A stretch of DNA of 63,060 nucleotides, filler included, from Reticulomyxa filosa (taxonomy: Eukaryota; Protista; Foraminifera): the NCBI GenBank assembly GCA_000512085.1. It is 24 parts of 24 records of this genome, joined end to end, with 100 filler letters (N's around TTAATTAATTAA, not from the genome) between each part and the next. Parts side by side here need not be neighbours in the genome. Positions count along the whole stretch, not along the records: positions 1 to 3,499 come from ASPP01007121.1; positions 3,600 to 5,029 come from ASPP01049485.1; positions 5,130 to 9,693 come from ASPP01022894.1; positions 9,794 to 11,224 come from ASPP01012363.1; positions 11,325 to 14,011 come from ASPP01017392.1; 19 more parts are not named here. One strand, given 5' to 3'. Each line of letters begins with the position of its first letter. Position 1 is the stretch's first letter. Below the pieces are notes generated by a model. That model was not told the origin of the DNA. It did no database searches and worked only from the letters and a program-made list of their open reading frames with translations. Positions 1 through 14,111 of the stretch are shown piece by piece. The translations under genes and the position numbers were made by a program.

Positions 1-1923
1 TCATCATGATTGCCACGATCGATGTCGTTGTCACCATCACTGCTCTCTTGTTCTTTTTTGGCGTGTTCATCGGATGTGTCATTTGCAGACTTAACAGCAA
101 ATGTTTGATGATCTCTTGCTTTCTTTCTTCCTTTTGTTCGTTGGTAATGGATCTGACAAACGAAGCCGCTCCGGAACGACCGTTGTCGTTATTTTGATTG
201 GTGAACATCTCCACGACCGTGTTCAGCGCGTTGCTCATTTGCTCGTCTCCCAATATTTTATTCATCAGCAAGCGCTTTTCACGTTCTTCCACGCGTGATC
301 GCATTGTCTCTTTGTTTGTCGCTCTTTCTTTCAAAACCAACTTTGAGTTGACATTGTCATTGATATGTTGATTTGTAATGGTATTCATGTTCGCACGCGC
401 GTTCATGTTGACCTTGCCATTGGCTCCATTTCGTTCTCCCTTCTTACTTCGACCACGCAAAGTGGTCGCATCATTGTCCGTGTCCGTCCCAGTCTCAAAC
501 TCGCTTCCACTACTCCTTCTGTCCTCTCTCTGCGTCTTTTGTGCTTTTTGTGTCTTTTGCATCCTTTGCGTCTTTTGCGTTTTCTGCAATTCCTTTTTGC
601 TTTGGTTTCTTTTCACTTTACGACTCTTGGCATTTGACGAAGAAGAGACTTTGATGAGCATGTGTGGTTCGTTATTTGCATACTCCTCCTGTTCCTCATC
701 GTCGTACTCTTGGTCGTGAATAATCGTGGTTGGACTTCGTCGCTTCGCTTGTATCTTCTCTATTTCCAACTTGTGCTTTCCTACTCTTTTCACTGTCCCA
801 CTTCCTTTCTTCTTTTTTTTTTTTTTAAGTTTTTCAATTGTTTAAAAAAAAAAAAAAATACGTTGAATAAAAATACATCAAAATCAAAACTCTGCTTTCG
901 TATTGAGGGATACTCTGACTCAAAGCAAAGTCTTTTGTCGTCACCTGGTCGTGAATATCATCAATATACGACTTTTCCGTTCGCAAATCCGTGTCGCTTG
1001 TCGATATTTGCTCTTCCAACTTCGTTGGCTTAATGTTGTCCAAGTCCATTGCTTCCATTTCGTCTGTCGACTCTTCCAACGGCTTGTTGACAAGATGATA
1101 TCCCCTTGTCTCCTTTTCATTCACCGATTTTTGCTTCTTTTTGTTCGCTTCCTGGTCATGCTCAAAGCCCATGTCCGGTGATTGCTGATACTTGTTATTG
1201 TTATTGTTGATGATGTGGCTGATGTTAATGTTGTTGTTGTTGTTGTTGTTGTTGTTGAAGTGGAATTGCAGATTGTCGCCTGTACTTTTCGAGGGCTCCT
1301 TTTTTGTTATGAGCATCCCATTCACTATCGCCGGCTGTTGCAACAATGACAATGGCGACGGGTTGTCCATATCTGTCTGAGGGGAGTGCAAAGTACTCAT
1401 TGGCGTACTCAACAATGGATCCAAATTGGAAACGCCTTTGTTTGTTGGATCGTTTTTTTTTAATAAAATAAAATAAAATAAAAAATTGTCCATTTGAACT
1501 TACATATACATATATGTATATATGTATGTATACATATGTGTGTAATACAACCTAACCAATGCTCCCATCTGTGGTGTAAATAAATCCTTTTCCTCCTCAT
1601 TTTCCGCAAATGTGGATCTTTTGGATGTATTCTCCATTTTGAATGGCAGTGGTATTTGTTTATTGCCTGTCTTTTCGTCTCCTTTTGTTGTCGACGAGTC
1701 TTTTTCCTTTTCGTCCGTTTGGTCTGTGCTGTCTGTCGACGGCATTGTGATTGTCATTATTGCTATCTTCGACGTGTTTGTGGATTGCTTTTGCTTTTTA
1801 TTTTTGTCTCCATCATTGTCGTCATCGCCGTGTGATTTTGTATGTTCTTTTTCCTCCTCCTCACCATCATCATTTTCAGTTTCTTTTTCTGTGTCTTTGT
1901 CAACATTTGCATTACTTTGTTTT

Positions 1924-1977
<54 letters not shown>

Positions 1978-2262
1978 TCTTCTTCCTCGTCCTCGTCATC
2001 GTCATTCTTTTTCATCCCTTTTATTTGGACCGTCCTTTTCGGCGTCGTTTTCCACTGCCAGGATATTGTCTTCTTCCATGGCGGATTGTGAAAGATTCGT
2101 TTGCATCAGAGTATTGGTTTGAGGTGACACTGGTATGGCCAGTCGCTTGGACGCTCTTTTTTCATCTTTTGTTTCTGCTGCAAGCTCTGCTTTGACCTCA
2201 CTCTATTTCATATTTTAAAAAACAGAGTTCAATTGATAAGTAACATCAATAACAACAACAAC

Positions 2263-2306
<44 letters not shown>

Positions 2307-3462
2307 TAACTGTAGATGGGATTAATTGAATGGCACTCATTCGATTGCCCGACTTGGCATTGTCCATATTATTGTTATTTGTGGTTGCGGCCGCAGCCGT
2401 GGTCGTGGCAGTACTTCTGTCGTAGATTTGGATGGACAACAGCTGCGTATTGAACTGAGACAAAACGGCAGCTCTCTTTTCGGCGTACTTTTGGGGTTCG
2501 AACACGGCCTGGAAAAAGGGGAACCAATCTCCAGGAGTATCAATTTCGATTGACAGCAGTCGCGAAACATTGTGTTTCAATTTTTTCTCATTACTGTACA
2601 TAGACTCAACCAAACGCTTGCTCGCCTCGTTCACGGACACTTCGATGATTGAGGCTTCGTATTCCAGCCGCTTCAACAAGTCTGCAATGCTTACGTCATT
2701 TTTCTTTTTGTTTGCTTTCGCAGCGCTATGGCCCGCTAGCTTGTCATTGCCATTGTTGTCCTCGTTCTCGTGTCCCTTTGGATAACGATAGTTGCTGATT
2801 TGCACCACCAATCGAGCCAAGTTTTCAAACGCGCTATTGTCTTTGTCTTCCACAAAAACTCTCTTGTTTGAGGTTTCGAGCTTGTGAAACCCATCCGTCA
2901 ATTCCTCCAACGTCAAACTGCCGTTTTTATGTTTGTTCACACTTTCCAAATCTTGTCGAATGCGATTCAATAGCTTTGGATACTATAACATACATATAAA
3001 TATATACATGTGTATATGAAACGTTATTTGTTTGTCAATTTTTTTTTGGTTTTGTTTGCTTAAACATTCAAATACACACGCACGTACACACATACGAAAT
3101 GTTTGACAGCTGCCGGGAACAACTGTTCCAGGGAATATTTCAATAACTCACTCGCTGATACAAAGCCATCGCAGAGTGGAGAAGCTTGGATTTGGGATTG
3201 ACCTCGCGGCAATGCAGAGATCTTTAACATTTTTATGCATTTGTCGATATCATTTCCACCAAGCTCGGTCGCTCACCAGTTTCGTCGGACGGAGCTTTTT
3301 TGTTCTCGCCCTTTGACGCGTTGTTTGTCTCCGCGGCCTTTGGGAGGCTGGTCTTTTCGGGCTTCCCTGGTATTTGGATACGAGGCGATGCAAATGGTAC
3401 TGACTTGGATTCTGCTTCGGAGCCAATTGCTTTTGCGGATGCAGATATTGTAGTCTTGTCAT
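1..3462 (-). CDS. Multi-exon low-complexity (Glu/Lys/Asn-rich) hypothetical protein, partial
   Basis: Minus-strand ORF blocks (834-1493, 1500-2015, 2215-2970, 3250-3462) are separated by AT-rich intron-like stretches. It has poly-E and poly-N tracts and no recognisable family. Confidence 0.5.
1922..1990. repeat. (TTC/CTC)n trinucleotide tract encoding poly-Glu on the minus strand
   Basis: Run of TCT/TCC units seen directly. Confidence 0.9.
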
Positions 3463-3464
3463 TC

Positions 3465-3499
<35 letters not shown>

Positions 3500-3599
3500 N
3501 NNNNNNNNNNNNNNNNNNNNNNNNNNNNNNNNNNNNNNNNNNNTTAATTAATTAANNNNNNNNNNNNNNNNNNNNNNNNNNNNNNNNNNNNNNNNNNNN
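3500..3599. other. Artificial contig-joining linker N44-TTAATTAATTAA-N44 (first of 23)
   Basis: Identical 100-bp spacers with stops in all six frames start at 3500, 5030, 9694, 11225, 14012, 20648, 22816, 24678, 25838, 32092, 33566, 36788, 38027, 39324, 40671, 42052, 47359, 49585, 52634, 53762, 55268, 58973 and 60128. Confidence 0.99.
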
Positions 3600-5129
3600 A
3601 TTGGAAGTGGCTGACATAAGCTCACTGGACTTTCTGATTCGTTGAAGAGGTTATTTCATTGTTTTTTGTTTTTTTTCCCAGTGCAAACTCTTGTGTGTTT
3701 TCACAGGAATGTCTAACACAAAATATCATTCCAATTTTGGTGATTTGACAATAGGACTGAATACATTCGTCTTTATTCAATAATCTCCAATTGACGCGTT
3801 ATTCATGTGGATATAAAAAATATTGTTCAAGTGAAAGCGTGGATATCATTAACAAAGTATCATCAAAAATGACAATATGAATACAATCAATCAATGGAAT
3901 GTAGCACAATTGTATTGTTATTCGACTTGATGTTTTCTTGATCTATCACAATACAGCTCAAAGTGGATTGTTTATGTAAGTTCACAAGTCAGTCAATACT
4001 ATACATACAATCGAAGAAAGTGAAATTGATCAGAGCTGTGATAAATATTAATGCGAGAGACAAAGCATAGATGGAATATTCAAATTTGTGGATGGCATGC
4101 AATCCTGCCATTGTTCGAATTCAAAACACAGAATGCGCATTACCAACATCAGAACAACGGAAAAAAAAGGCATTTAAAATGGCAAGTATCAACCAAATGC
4201 AAAGGAAAGGCAGCTTTATTTGAAGGTGTATGTTACTTTTCTCATATCTTCAGCTGTTGTAATATGTTGTAACCAAAACAATGTGGACATGGGTCATTTT
4301 ATTGTAGAATGATTTGCCTTATGTTTGGAATGAAAGAAAGAGGAAGAAGAAGAAGAACAATAAGAAGAGTAGATTAAGGGAATGGAAAAAGAAAAAGAAA
4401 GAACCAATAGTATTAGTAGATTATTTTAAAAAATGCGACACTGGTAATGAATAGTGCAAGAAATATGAACACATCAAGAAAAGCAAGGAAAAAGTGTGAA
4501 TGAAAGAGAGCCCACACAATAATCTATTAAAAGTGTTGTTATTCGTTTTATCAAAACTATGAGTGGTTATGAATGATATTTATAAAACGAAACAAGTGGC
4601 AATGAATTGTCATGTGTTTGCAATCACTCGGATTAGCACGCTCTACTTTCATTCAACGTACTCCAATTCATCAATACGCATAATTTGGTCAAATGTCCAC
4701 CGCCGCCTTTTACATGTATATTATGCTTGTGTGCTTTATGTGATCCTTCCGACATCGATACACCAAAGACACATGAAAACATTTCCAAAATGCAATTGTT
4801 ATGACTTTTCGTGTTGATTTGGTGGAAAATATTATTGCAATTTGATTGGTGATTGAATTGTTTTTTTCAATGCAAAAAAAAAATAAATATTGTTATTGTT
4901 GTCAAGTAAGATTGGTAGGAAATGATTTGCTTTATTGATTCGAATGCCTTTCAAAGAAGAATTAAAGTTAAAAAAAATATTTATTATTTTTATCTTTCTT
5001 TTTAGACAATTTGAATTAATTTGCTGTTTNNNNNNNNNNNNNNNNNNNNNNNNNNNNNNNNNNNNNNNNNNNNTTAATTAATTAANNNNNNNNNNNNNNN
5101 NNNNNNNNNNNNNNNNNNNNNNNNNNNNN

Positions 5130-6142
5130 GCAGTAGGAGCATAATAGTATAGTCCTTCAAATTCGGTAAATTTTATGTTAATTGTAGCAGTATTGGCAGT
5201 ATTTTGTTCTTTGTTGGTGGTGACTTTGACTCCTTGCATTAATTTTTGTGATAACACTAACTTGATTGCCTCCGCTAACTCCGCTAAAAACATGTATGTG
5301 AATCCAATAAACGACGAGTCTGCAATTGATACACCAGTACAAGTGACTGCAGTTCCAGCGGACAGCAATATAATTGATAACACCATTTTCCATGTCGGCT
5401 TGTCCATCCCAAATAAAAACAGTGTTGTCATTACCATTACTGGGGTGAAAGATTTCAACATTTGGATCAAGGAAACGCTTAGGTAAACGTACACACGATT
5501 ACCAAAGGTTAGTGTTAATGCTTGAAATAATCCCAAAATCACTATTTTTTTTTGGATAAAAAAAAAAATGTTTCTTTTAAAAGCACGAGGATGACTTAGC
5601 TTAAAAAAAAAAAAAAAAAACCTAATTCGATAAAGAAAAAATTTCCACGTCATCACTTCGCGAATCTCATTACGAATGACAATTTTATTAAAATAAGCCA
5701 GAACATGTACAATGACACCGCTGAAGAACATGCCCAATGATGCCAATAGTATTGGATACTCAAAAGCTAATGTGTGCAAAATATACTTGTTCATCATGAT
5801 CAAAGTCGGCCCTAGTACCAAGAACAGAGTCACTGACAACAAGGCTCGGGGCGACCATACCAAACGCTTACTGCTGTGCGCAGCCTCTATCTCACTCGAA
5901 CTGAGCTTTGCTTCATTTGGATATTTACTTGATTGATTCACTATTACGTGAGGCTGCAACTCTTTTTCTTCAGAGAACGATGCCTCATGTTTTTTATCGT
6001 GCGAAGAAGACAAGAGCGGAACTGGCTCGTCGTCATCTCGTGGCTCGAATATGTCTGAGAGTTTGGGGACACCACTTGAATCATGTCCACGAGATTTATT
6101 TATGCTCCTTTGTTGCATGCTCTGGCCTTGATGTCGATGCAT
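5130..6142 (-). CDS. Triose-phosphate/nucleotide-sugar transporter (TPT/DMT family), 3'-truncated
   Basis: Motifs LIMMNKYIL..F.YP..L, GN..Y.YLSVS.IQMLKS.TPV.V and E.LYYYAP, plus multiple hydrophobic helices. An intron is likely at about 5552-5622. Confidence 0.85.
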
Positions 6143-9004
6143 AACCTTTTCTCCTACTTTCGTGGAGAAAAAAAACTCAATTTAGGAAAACGCAAGTCTT
6201 CACACAAAACGTGTTGAGGATTTAAATCCTTTCTTTTTGAAAAAGATTGCAACTGTAAAAATACACGATCTGAGTAACCAAACTTTATTCATGTGGCACT
6301 GTACTGCTAATGTTACATATTGCAAACAATTTTTGCAACGCAAAACTATGATAATTGTACAAATTGTATTTGAATAAAGATATTCGAACCAATTTTGTGG
6401 CAAAAAAAAAAAAAAAGTGTGATGTAAAAGGTAAGGGACCAGGACCATAATGGTGTTTATAACTACCTCAAAAAGATAGTTACAAAGTTTCTATTTGCGA
6501 CCTCACTAACTGCTTCAGCACTCTCATAAATTGGGATGTTGCTCGTAATGCCAGGACGGCCGATCTGTGAAATTCGTAAATAAGAATTTTTTTTGTCTTT
6601 GATTAAAAAAAAGTAATTGCTGACGTTTTAACGATGTTTTTCTTTCAAAAATATTTTTTGCTAATTTAAAAACATGCAATTGATAAAACAGCACCGAAAA
6701 CATAATGCTTTTCAAGTATTGCAAAGAAAGGGATGATAATTTTTAACAACGACAAGAAAAAAAATTATTGATTTTGTCAAATATTGTTGCACCCAAGGTT
6801 CCTTCTTAGTTACAAAATGCATTTGAAATTTGATTTGGACTCTGATTTGAAGATTGACTTTGACCTTGATTTGAGATTGAGAAGAAATTGGATTAAATGC
6901 TCTGTTGATAATCTTATGAAATCCCAAGTTGGGCGGATGTATTTGTCCGAGCAACAATGGATGATACGTGTTGGCTTGCATTTGTGTCTCTGCTAAATGC
7001 AAATACCAGAAGTGTTGTGCGATAAAATGAATATTGTAATTTTATGATAAGAAAATCATAATTTTTGTTTTAAAATGAATTTTTTTTTTCCCGTGTACTT
7101 CTACCTTTTAAAAAATCTAAAATATTTCATATTTCATCAACATTACCAAAGTGAAGTCAAACAAGTATTTGCATCGTCGACATCTGATTTAATAAAACAA
7201 AATAATTTAAACGAAAAAACAAATTTATATCATAGATACAGTAACGACTTAGCAAATTATATAGTTAAAATAATATTATGTTAGTATAATAATATTAAAT
7301 ATCATGCAATTTGAATGCAGTTGCAGAATTAAAAAAACATTTCAATATTTGTGTATGCAAGGTAATAATATTAAAAACTTATTATCAATCAAAATGCAAT
7401 ATGTTAATATATAAGATTTGTAAGAGCAACTCTAGTCTTGGATAAAAAATATGATCTTGCTTTGAAATCAAACAGACTCCAATCTTTCTCTTCAAAGTAT
7501 GTGTTGGAGCAAGTTGATCAAAGATAATCGGAAAGTTCGAGATTGTTGGACAAGAAGACGACAACATTGTTGAGCGCCTCCAAGTCTTTCTGTTTTTGTA
7601 AGAAAGAGACGGTATACAAGTGAGTATGTTTCCAAAGCAACTCGATCTGAGCTGTTTGCAAATCCGGGAACACGACAGACTGATATTTTATTTTCCAAAA
7701 TACCATATTCTATTAAATGTTCTCCTTCATCTACAAATTCATCTGTTTCCAAAAATATGATACCAAGACATTGAATTTCAATTTCCCGAGCTTTGTGATA
7801 GCCCATTCATAAGATTTGTATTCTCTTTTTGTAGATGTTTGGACAAGAAATTCAAGACAATTGAAATCGACTTGGGAAAAGACATTATGCTGAAAAACAA
7901 AATCAAAGAAAACAAGTGCTCGATATTGTAAAGAAATAAGATACACATTCAGTATTTTACTTTGAATGTTATTTACTTTTTGTGAATTAAAATTGCAAAA
8001 ATCACGCTAATAATAGTTAATTATTAGATAGTGATAGAACTAACTGCAAAAATTAAAAAACAATAACCAGTAGAGGAGACCAGAAAACTCTCTTTTCGTT
8101 ACTAGTCTTTTTTGTAGCTGGGAAAGTAATTTCGTCAAAACATGCAAAACGAAATAATAAATTGGAAGACAAATGAATTAGCAGGTAAAAAAATAGCTTT
8201 TTGTTTCTTTGGGAAATTCAATTCCCATATTATAAAATCATTTACGTTTTGTTTAAATATTTTTGCAACCTTTTTTTGTTTTGTACTATTTATTTAATTC
8301 AAATTTTTTTTAATTTGAAAAGTGTTTTTATTATCATGAAGAGTATTTTGAGAAATATTTTTAGTAAAAAAAAAATCTAGGTTCATTGGACGCAAACGAA
8401 AAAACACAAAAGAAAGATGATTTGTTTTTTGCATGAAAAACCAAATAGATTTGAAAAGATTTGGTTGTTTTGCATTGTCATTTTTTTTGCGTTCTTTTTG
8501 TCATCATTGCTATTGTATCAAATGGAAATTTAATTACAACAAAAAACAATTTATTCATGCAGATATAATAAGTGAACAAACAAAATCATTCACTTTTTCT
8601 ATGCTACAAATTTTCCTTTTTAAATGACGAATTAGGTAGTTGTTATCGTTTTTTCCTCTCGTATTCAAGTAAAACAAGAATGATGTACGCAAAAGACAAA
8701 ATATAATGTGGTGTCACAAAGAGAATACATTTCCATATACAACAATGTACACAACATAAAGTTTATATTGATGATTTAACATTACCATACCATAATAGTT
8801 TAATTTTAAAAATAAAAAATAATTATAATCACATCCGAAAGTAAGTGGTATTGATTCAAATTAAAAATTTTTCAATACCATAAACAAGATCAACAATTTG
8901 GAAAGGAATAACAAAATATGAATATAATGTTTAGTTAATGTGATCGTATTGAATATTTTTATTTGATTTTGACAATGTACAAAGTCATCACAACAAATAA
9001 TTCA

Positions 9005-9105
9005 CTTTTAAAAAGGAACTACTTCGCAGCGAATCGATCTCTGGAAAAGATCATTTACATTCGCAAGAAGCCATTAACAACTTAAAAGACTTGAACGACG
9101 AATGA
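9005..9105 (+). pseudogene. Degenerate TPR-like repeat fragment
   Basis: Translates as FKKELLRSESISGKDHLHSQEAINNLKDL, resembling kinesin-light-chain-type TPRs. The upstream sequence has no open frame. Confidence 0.3.
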
Positions 9106-10834
9106 GTGTGGAACAAGGTGTTGCTTCTGCAAAAGTATCCATTCGAGTTGAATATAATGAACAGTGAGAAAACAACCCCCTTTAAACATTTTTTTTTTTA
9201 CTTTTATGAGTTTGGATTTGTTTTTGAGCAGAAAAACAGAATTATTCTCCATTTAAAAATAATTTGATCAAATTTGTTATGCCAAAAACTTAAGTATGAT
9301 AGCATTAATTCGTTGAATTCTTTATTATTTTCTTGTTTTTTTAATGAAATATTCAGTGTATTGACTGAGTGATTGTTAAATGAAACGTTAATCATTGCAC
9401 AAATTTGATGTTATTTGTTTTATCTTTTTGATTACATTAGTCTAACCAAATTGTCACAAATGTATCAATTTGATGCAGTGTACCTGTGACACGAATTGTA
9501 ATTATAATATTACAAATTAATACTACAAGTTAATACTATATTACTTTAATTTTGAATTAGAACAAAGTCTCTATAATTTCTGAATGGAGTGAAGTTTGTG
9601 TTTCTCTTTCTGTTTTAGTTTTATAGTACTTGGAAGAGAATATTGGAACTTTGCATAATTATTGTTTTTATTGAATTGAAAAACCTACCAATGNNNNNNN
9701 NNNNNNNNNNNNNNNNNNNNNNNNNNNNNNNNNNNNNTTAATTAATTAANNNNNNNNNNNNNNNNNNNNNNNNNNNNNNNNNNNNNNNNNNNNCTAAGTT
9801 CAAAAAAATGCCTAAAAAAAAAAAAAGGCCCAACTTACCCGTCGACAATCAAAGAACAAATATCACCATACTTGTCGTGGGTACTGACGCTCACTTGAGG
9901 AATGAAAACTTTGCAAAGAAAATTTTAATTCTATTCTCAATTTTTGTACAAAACATAACCTTTGTTATATCGAAGTCTCGCCTGAACATGATGCAATATC
10001 CAGTTTTTATTTCAGTTTGCTGTTTTCAACATGTGGTTTGACTCACTCCAAGATTAAACACTTTATCAAACTCAAACTTTTGTAAACAGTTTTTGAAGCA
10101 AAATTTTTTTCAAATTCAGTATTCAAATCCAATTTTCCTGGTCGTAATTTTTATCCATGCTTTAAACTTCATAAGGAATTTGTCAGAAGTGTAACAGATG
10201 TCAAAGTAAAGTTTCAGTTTTTGTGAGGGGTTCGATTCAAATGAATCCAGCTTGCAGAACATATTAACAGAATGAAAGTCTTTGAGGAATAAAGTTGTAT
10301 GGAGCTATGTTATTAAGGTTATGTCGCTTTTTCACAGTTGGCATGTCTTTCAATACTCTCATTATTTTCTACGCACCGTGTCCTGGTTGCAATAATTCAT
10401 ATCTGAGCCTGTTGATTGAGTGCTTTGTTTGCTATAAATTCTGGCGGTATTCACATATTCTTTACTTAAATTTCAATAATTTTTGTAAAAACTGAGAAAG
10501 CCTATTCAGTCAATAACCACAGAAATAATTTGGCATCGTCTTGCGAAAATTTTACTTAATTTGCACATTGGTCTAGCTATATTTGCTATGGTAATAATAT
10601 ATCGGACATAAAAATGTTGAACAAAAATAATAAACAGTGTTTTAATCCTCTTTTTCCAAATAAGCTTGGGATTCGTGTGATTTGGGAAAAAGCAAAGAAA
10701 TTTAGTGAAATAAGTAGACCTCTAAGCCGATGTTTTCTGTGCTTTTACAACTTTTTTACTGTGTTAGACTAGTCAGCAGCCCTTTTGGGGCTGTTTTTTT
10801 TTTTTGAATAAATATTTCTGGCAGACACAGAAAA

Positions 10835-11147
10835 ATGAATTTGCGTTATGTCATTGGTCCAATTATAGAATCCGAGCTGTAAGTATTTCTCCTGTTCTGT
10901 GTGTGTGTCAACGTCCTATATCAAAAAAGGACTCAATACACAAACAAAACCAAAAAAAAAAAGGGGTCGGTATTTAGATGGAGAGATAGCGAACAATATG
11001 TCATTGACAACCTCAGGTCTGATATTCGAAGCCACCAACCTGAGGTTGAAAGCAGGAGCACTGGATGAGTTTGGTTTGCCTGTGGTCGTCCGAGCAGGAC
11101 TTCTCAAAAGACTACATATCACTGTTTCCTACACTGGATACGTAAAG
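10835..11147 (+). CDS. VPS13/Chorein-N domain protein, 5' exons (truncated by contig end)
   Basis: Exons 10835-10878 and 10964-11147 (GT-AG, phase 2) give MNLRYVIGPIIESELGRYLDG...NLRLKAGALDEFGLPVVVRAGLLKRLHITV, typical of Chorein_N. Confidence 0.75.
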
Positions 11148-11937
11148 GTCTGTCTACCCCTTCGTACAAACATCTATCTATGGAACATTCTTTTTTTTTT
11201 TTTTTTACTCCCTCCTATACCTCTNNNNNNNNNNNNNNNNNNNNNNNNNNNNNNNNNNNNNNNNNNNNTTAATTAATTAANNNNNNNNNNNNNNNNNNNN
11301 NNNNNNNNNNNNNNNNNNNNNNNNGGACGTATACTTTTTTTTATTTTTTGTTGGACGGGTTGAGGCTGTTATTAAAAGCACAGACAATCGAATATATCAA
11401 CAAAAAAAAATATAAAGAATATATGTCTAACAAACCTTGTTTACTCCTTACGGAGACGGGGGGGCCTTACCCCATTATTTACTTTTTTTTTTTTCTTTTG
11501 TTGAAGGATGCACAGCATCCAAAGATAAAAACCATTTTTTTATTTATTTAGCGAAGTGTACAGAATTGACAACAAAAAAAAAAAAAAAAACCCTTTTTCT
11601 CTTCATTAAGACGTAATTTACAACTCATAAATGTTTATTTTAAAAATTGTGAAAGTTGCAATTTTTTGAATATTTTAAAAAACTTGAAAAAAGTGTTTAT
11701 GACAAGGAAATAAGATCATTTCTTTTTTATTCTGCTGTTGATTAGAATTTGATTTTTTTGTTTGTACTTGATTTCATTTATTGCATTTTTAGATTTTTAT
11801 GATTAGATCTTTCATTATTGTTGTATGAACATAGTTGCAATTATGCCACACTGCTCAAAAAAAATGAAAACAAAAACATAATCCATTTTTGTTTTTGGTT
11901 AATTAATACATTGAAAAAAAAAAGCAATAAAACCAAA

Positions 11938-14011
11938 TTAATGATTTTTATTATCAAAGATGCGCCACAATGCACTAACATGTTTTACAAGTAGCTTAAT
12001 ATCATTTTCTTCCTTGAACAAATCACAGTCTTGTTGATTAAAATTCATTTTCTTCATCCAAATTGATATAGTCTCATTCCTATTTCAAACAATGCCAAAC
12101 GTGTAAAAGAAGTATAAAAAATTCCAAAAGTTGTCTAATGTGAAATCTTAACAAATCAATTTCGTGAATATTATGACTGAGTAAAACAACCAATTGTGAA
12201 AGAATTTTAAATACATGTTGTATCTGTTGCGCATCATCAAACAGCGCTTGAACAGATTCCAATTCATTTGTGTCAAAGTATGTATTTTTGATATCCGGAT
12301 GATAGCATTCAAGTATCTCTAAACAGTGTTTGATGGTTAATTCATCTGCAAATTCAAATAATGGAATAGAAATATCAATTTTATGGCTCCGAAAAGTTTG
12401 ATTATAGATCTCATTTTCAATGAATTGAAAGCCAATCTGTTGCTCATCTTTTTTATTGCCATAGTTAAATGTTGGATAATAACAAGATTGAATAATAGTA
12501 TTCAATGTATTTTCATCGATTGAAATAACATCAAGAGGAGTAATATCAAACAAAGATTTGGAAATGACGTCGTTATTGTTATTGTATACACTATTATCGT
12601 GCATCTTCCTTTCTTCTTGGTTTGGCCTTATGTTCGATTTGGAATGAACATTTTGCAAAAAATCATTATGAATAGATTGCAAAGTTTCAATCATTGCCAC
12701 AACCCTCAAATCAGGATTATCTGGATGAGCGATGCTATATACAATAGCTGCTTTCTCCAAAGGTATGGGCTTATCAAAATTACCCCATTTTGTTTCTATT
12801 GTTTGTCCAGCAAATATATTCCAACATTTGACAAAGTCTTTCCACATTTGGGTAAGATTAGTCTCTTTACAATCATCGCAAATGATATCGTTAACAAATT
12901 TTTGTTGAACTTGATATTTGGTTAGCTTTCCAGAGTATTGCACATAGCAATGCTTCATCCATTGTGCAATGGAAGGTAACAATTTGACACATTCAAGTTT
13001 GTCAATCCACTTTAATGTATGAAACAGCAATGGATATCTATTTTGTAATTCGATATCATTATAAAATTGATTGGCCAAGTTTGATGCAGAGAGATGGTGA
13101 GTGACCAAAAATAAATGAGGGATATGTTGTCTATTAAATGATTCATGACTTTCTTTTATCTCACAAAGAATCTTATTCATTTCCTTTGATTCAATAGGTA
13201 TCTTTATCTCATCATACAAATTTTTAAATTTAATAAAAAATGGAGCATAATAACTTCCAATTCTCCTTTCAAAATCTAATACGCTTTGATAATCATTGCT
13301 TTCCAATTGTTTGGGATATGCTTCGCCCCACCATTGTGGAAAATTTGACATCCAACAATGTAAGGCAACGCAAAGTTGCTCTTCATTCAGTTCTGTCATT
13401 TGTGATAACTGTTCAAATTTTGTCTTAGCATTTCTCCATAAATAACTGGTCACCTTTGTCTTTTCCTCATTCAATAGTATCCCAAGTTCTGTACAATTCT
13501 CCATACAACTTATATCTCTCAATAGCAATGTCAAATTAGACAACAATTGCAACAATGTATAAATCACTGGAGACACTTCCTTATTTTCGTCTTCTTCTTT
13601 TTCTTCTTTTTCATTGTTTATTTTTGATTCTGATTCACTTACTTTCCTTTCGTTCTCATTTGCCTCAGTAATAGTTTGATCACACCAAGGATCTCCACAC
13701 TGGGCTAAATTTGGAAAACATTGTCGATTGCTCAAAAAGGAACGATGTCCATTTCCACAGCGGCCAAGAATAAGTGCACTGATTTTCTTGAACTTTCTTG
13801 TTGACACGTTGCCTGGAATGCTTGTGCTGATAAATATTTCGGGCTGTAATAATAATAACTTGTATGGATTCCCTTGCGGTGTGTATGTAGATAGATAAAG
13901 ACAATATCAAACATAATGCGGAAAATTAAAGTTTTTTTTATAGTTTGAAAAAAAGGCAGGAAATAACTTTCAGCAATTTGAAGAATAGCCAACCAATGAA
14001 AGCAAAGTCTG
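11938..14011 (-). CDS. RNF213/mysterin-like protein, C-terminal part (5'-truncated)
   Basis: Large 575-aa ORF containing an RZ-finger-like C-G-N-G-H...C...C segment and a helical region (W..FE, YPLL...L.W..KL..VK.LP). A last exon ends LVKHVSALWRIFDNKNH*. The family call is from recalled similarity only. Confidence 0.5.
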
Positions 14012-14111
14012 NNNNNNNNNNNNNNNNNNNNNNNNNNNNNNNNNNNNNNNNNNNNTTAATTAATTAANNNNNNNNNNNNNNNNNNNNNNNNNNNNNNNNN
14101 NNNNNNNNNNN

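Noticed and set aside
365-2195. Plus-strand Leu/Phe/Ser-rich ORFs that look like membrane proteins
   Set aside because: They are antisense shadows of Glu/Lys/Asn-rich coding repeats on the minus strand. The same applies to the opposite-strand ORFs at 18927-19764 and 20001-21010.
3544-3555. Recurrent TTAATTAATTAA as a biological repeat or CRISPR-like array
   Set aside because: It is always centred in 44+44 Ns. It is a synthetic six-frame-stop linker.
3780-4400. Possible decayed TRAF/zinc-finger gene
   Set aside because: Only scattered short resemblances; no motif complete enough to support a call.
7385-7946. Overlapping short minus-strand ORFs suggesting a frameshifted gene
   Set aside because: No family could be recognised. 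It may be a pseudogene, but this is unsupported.
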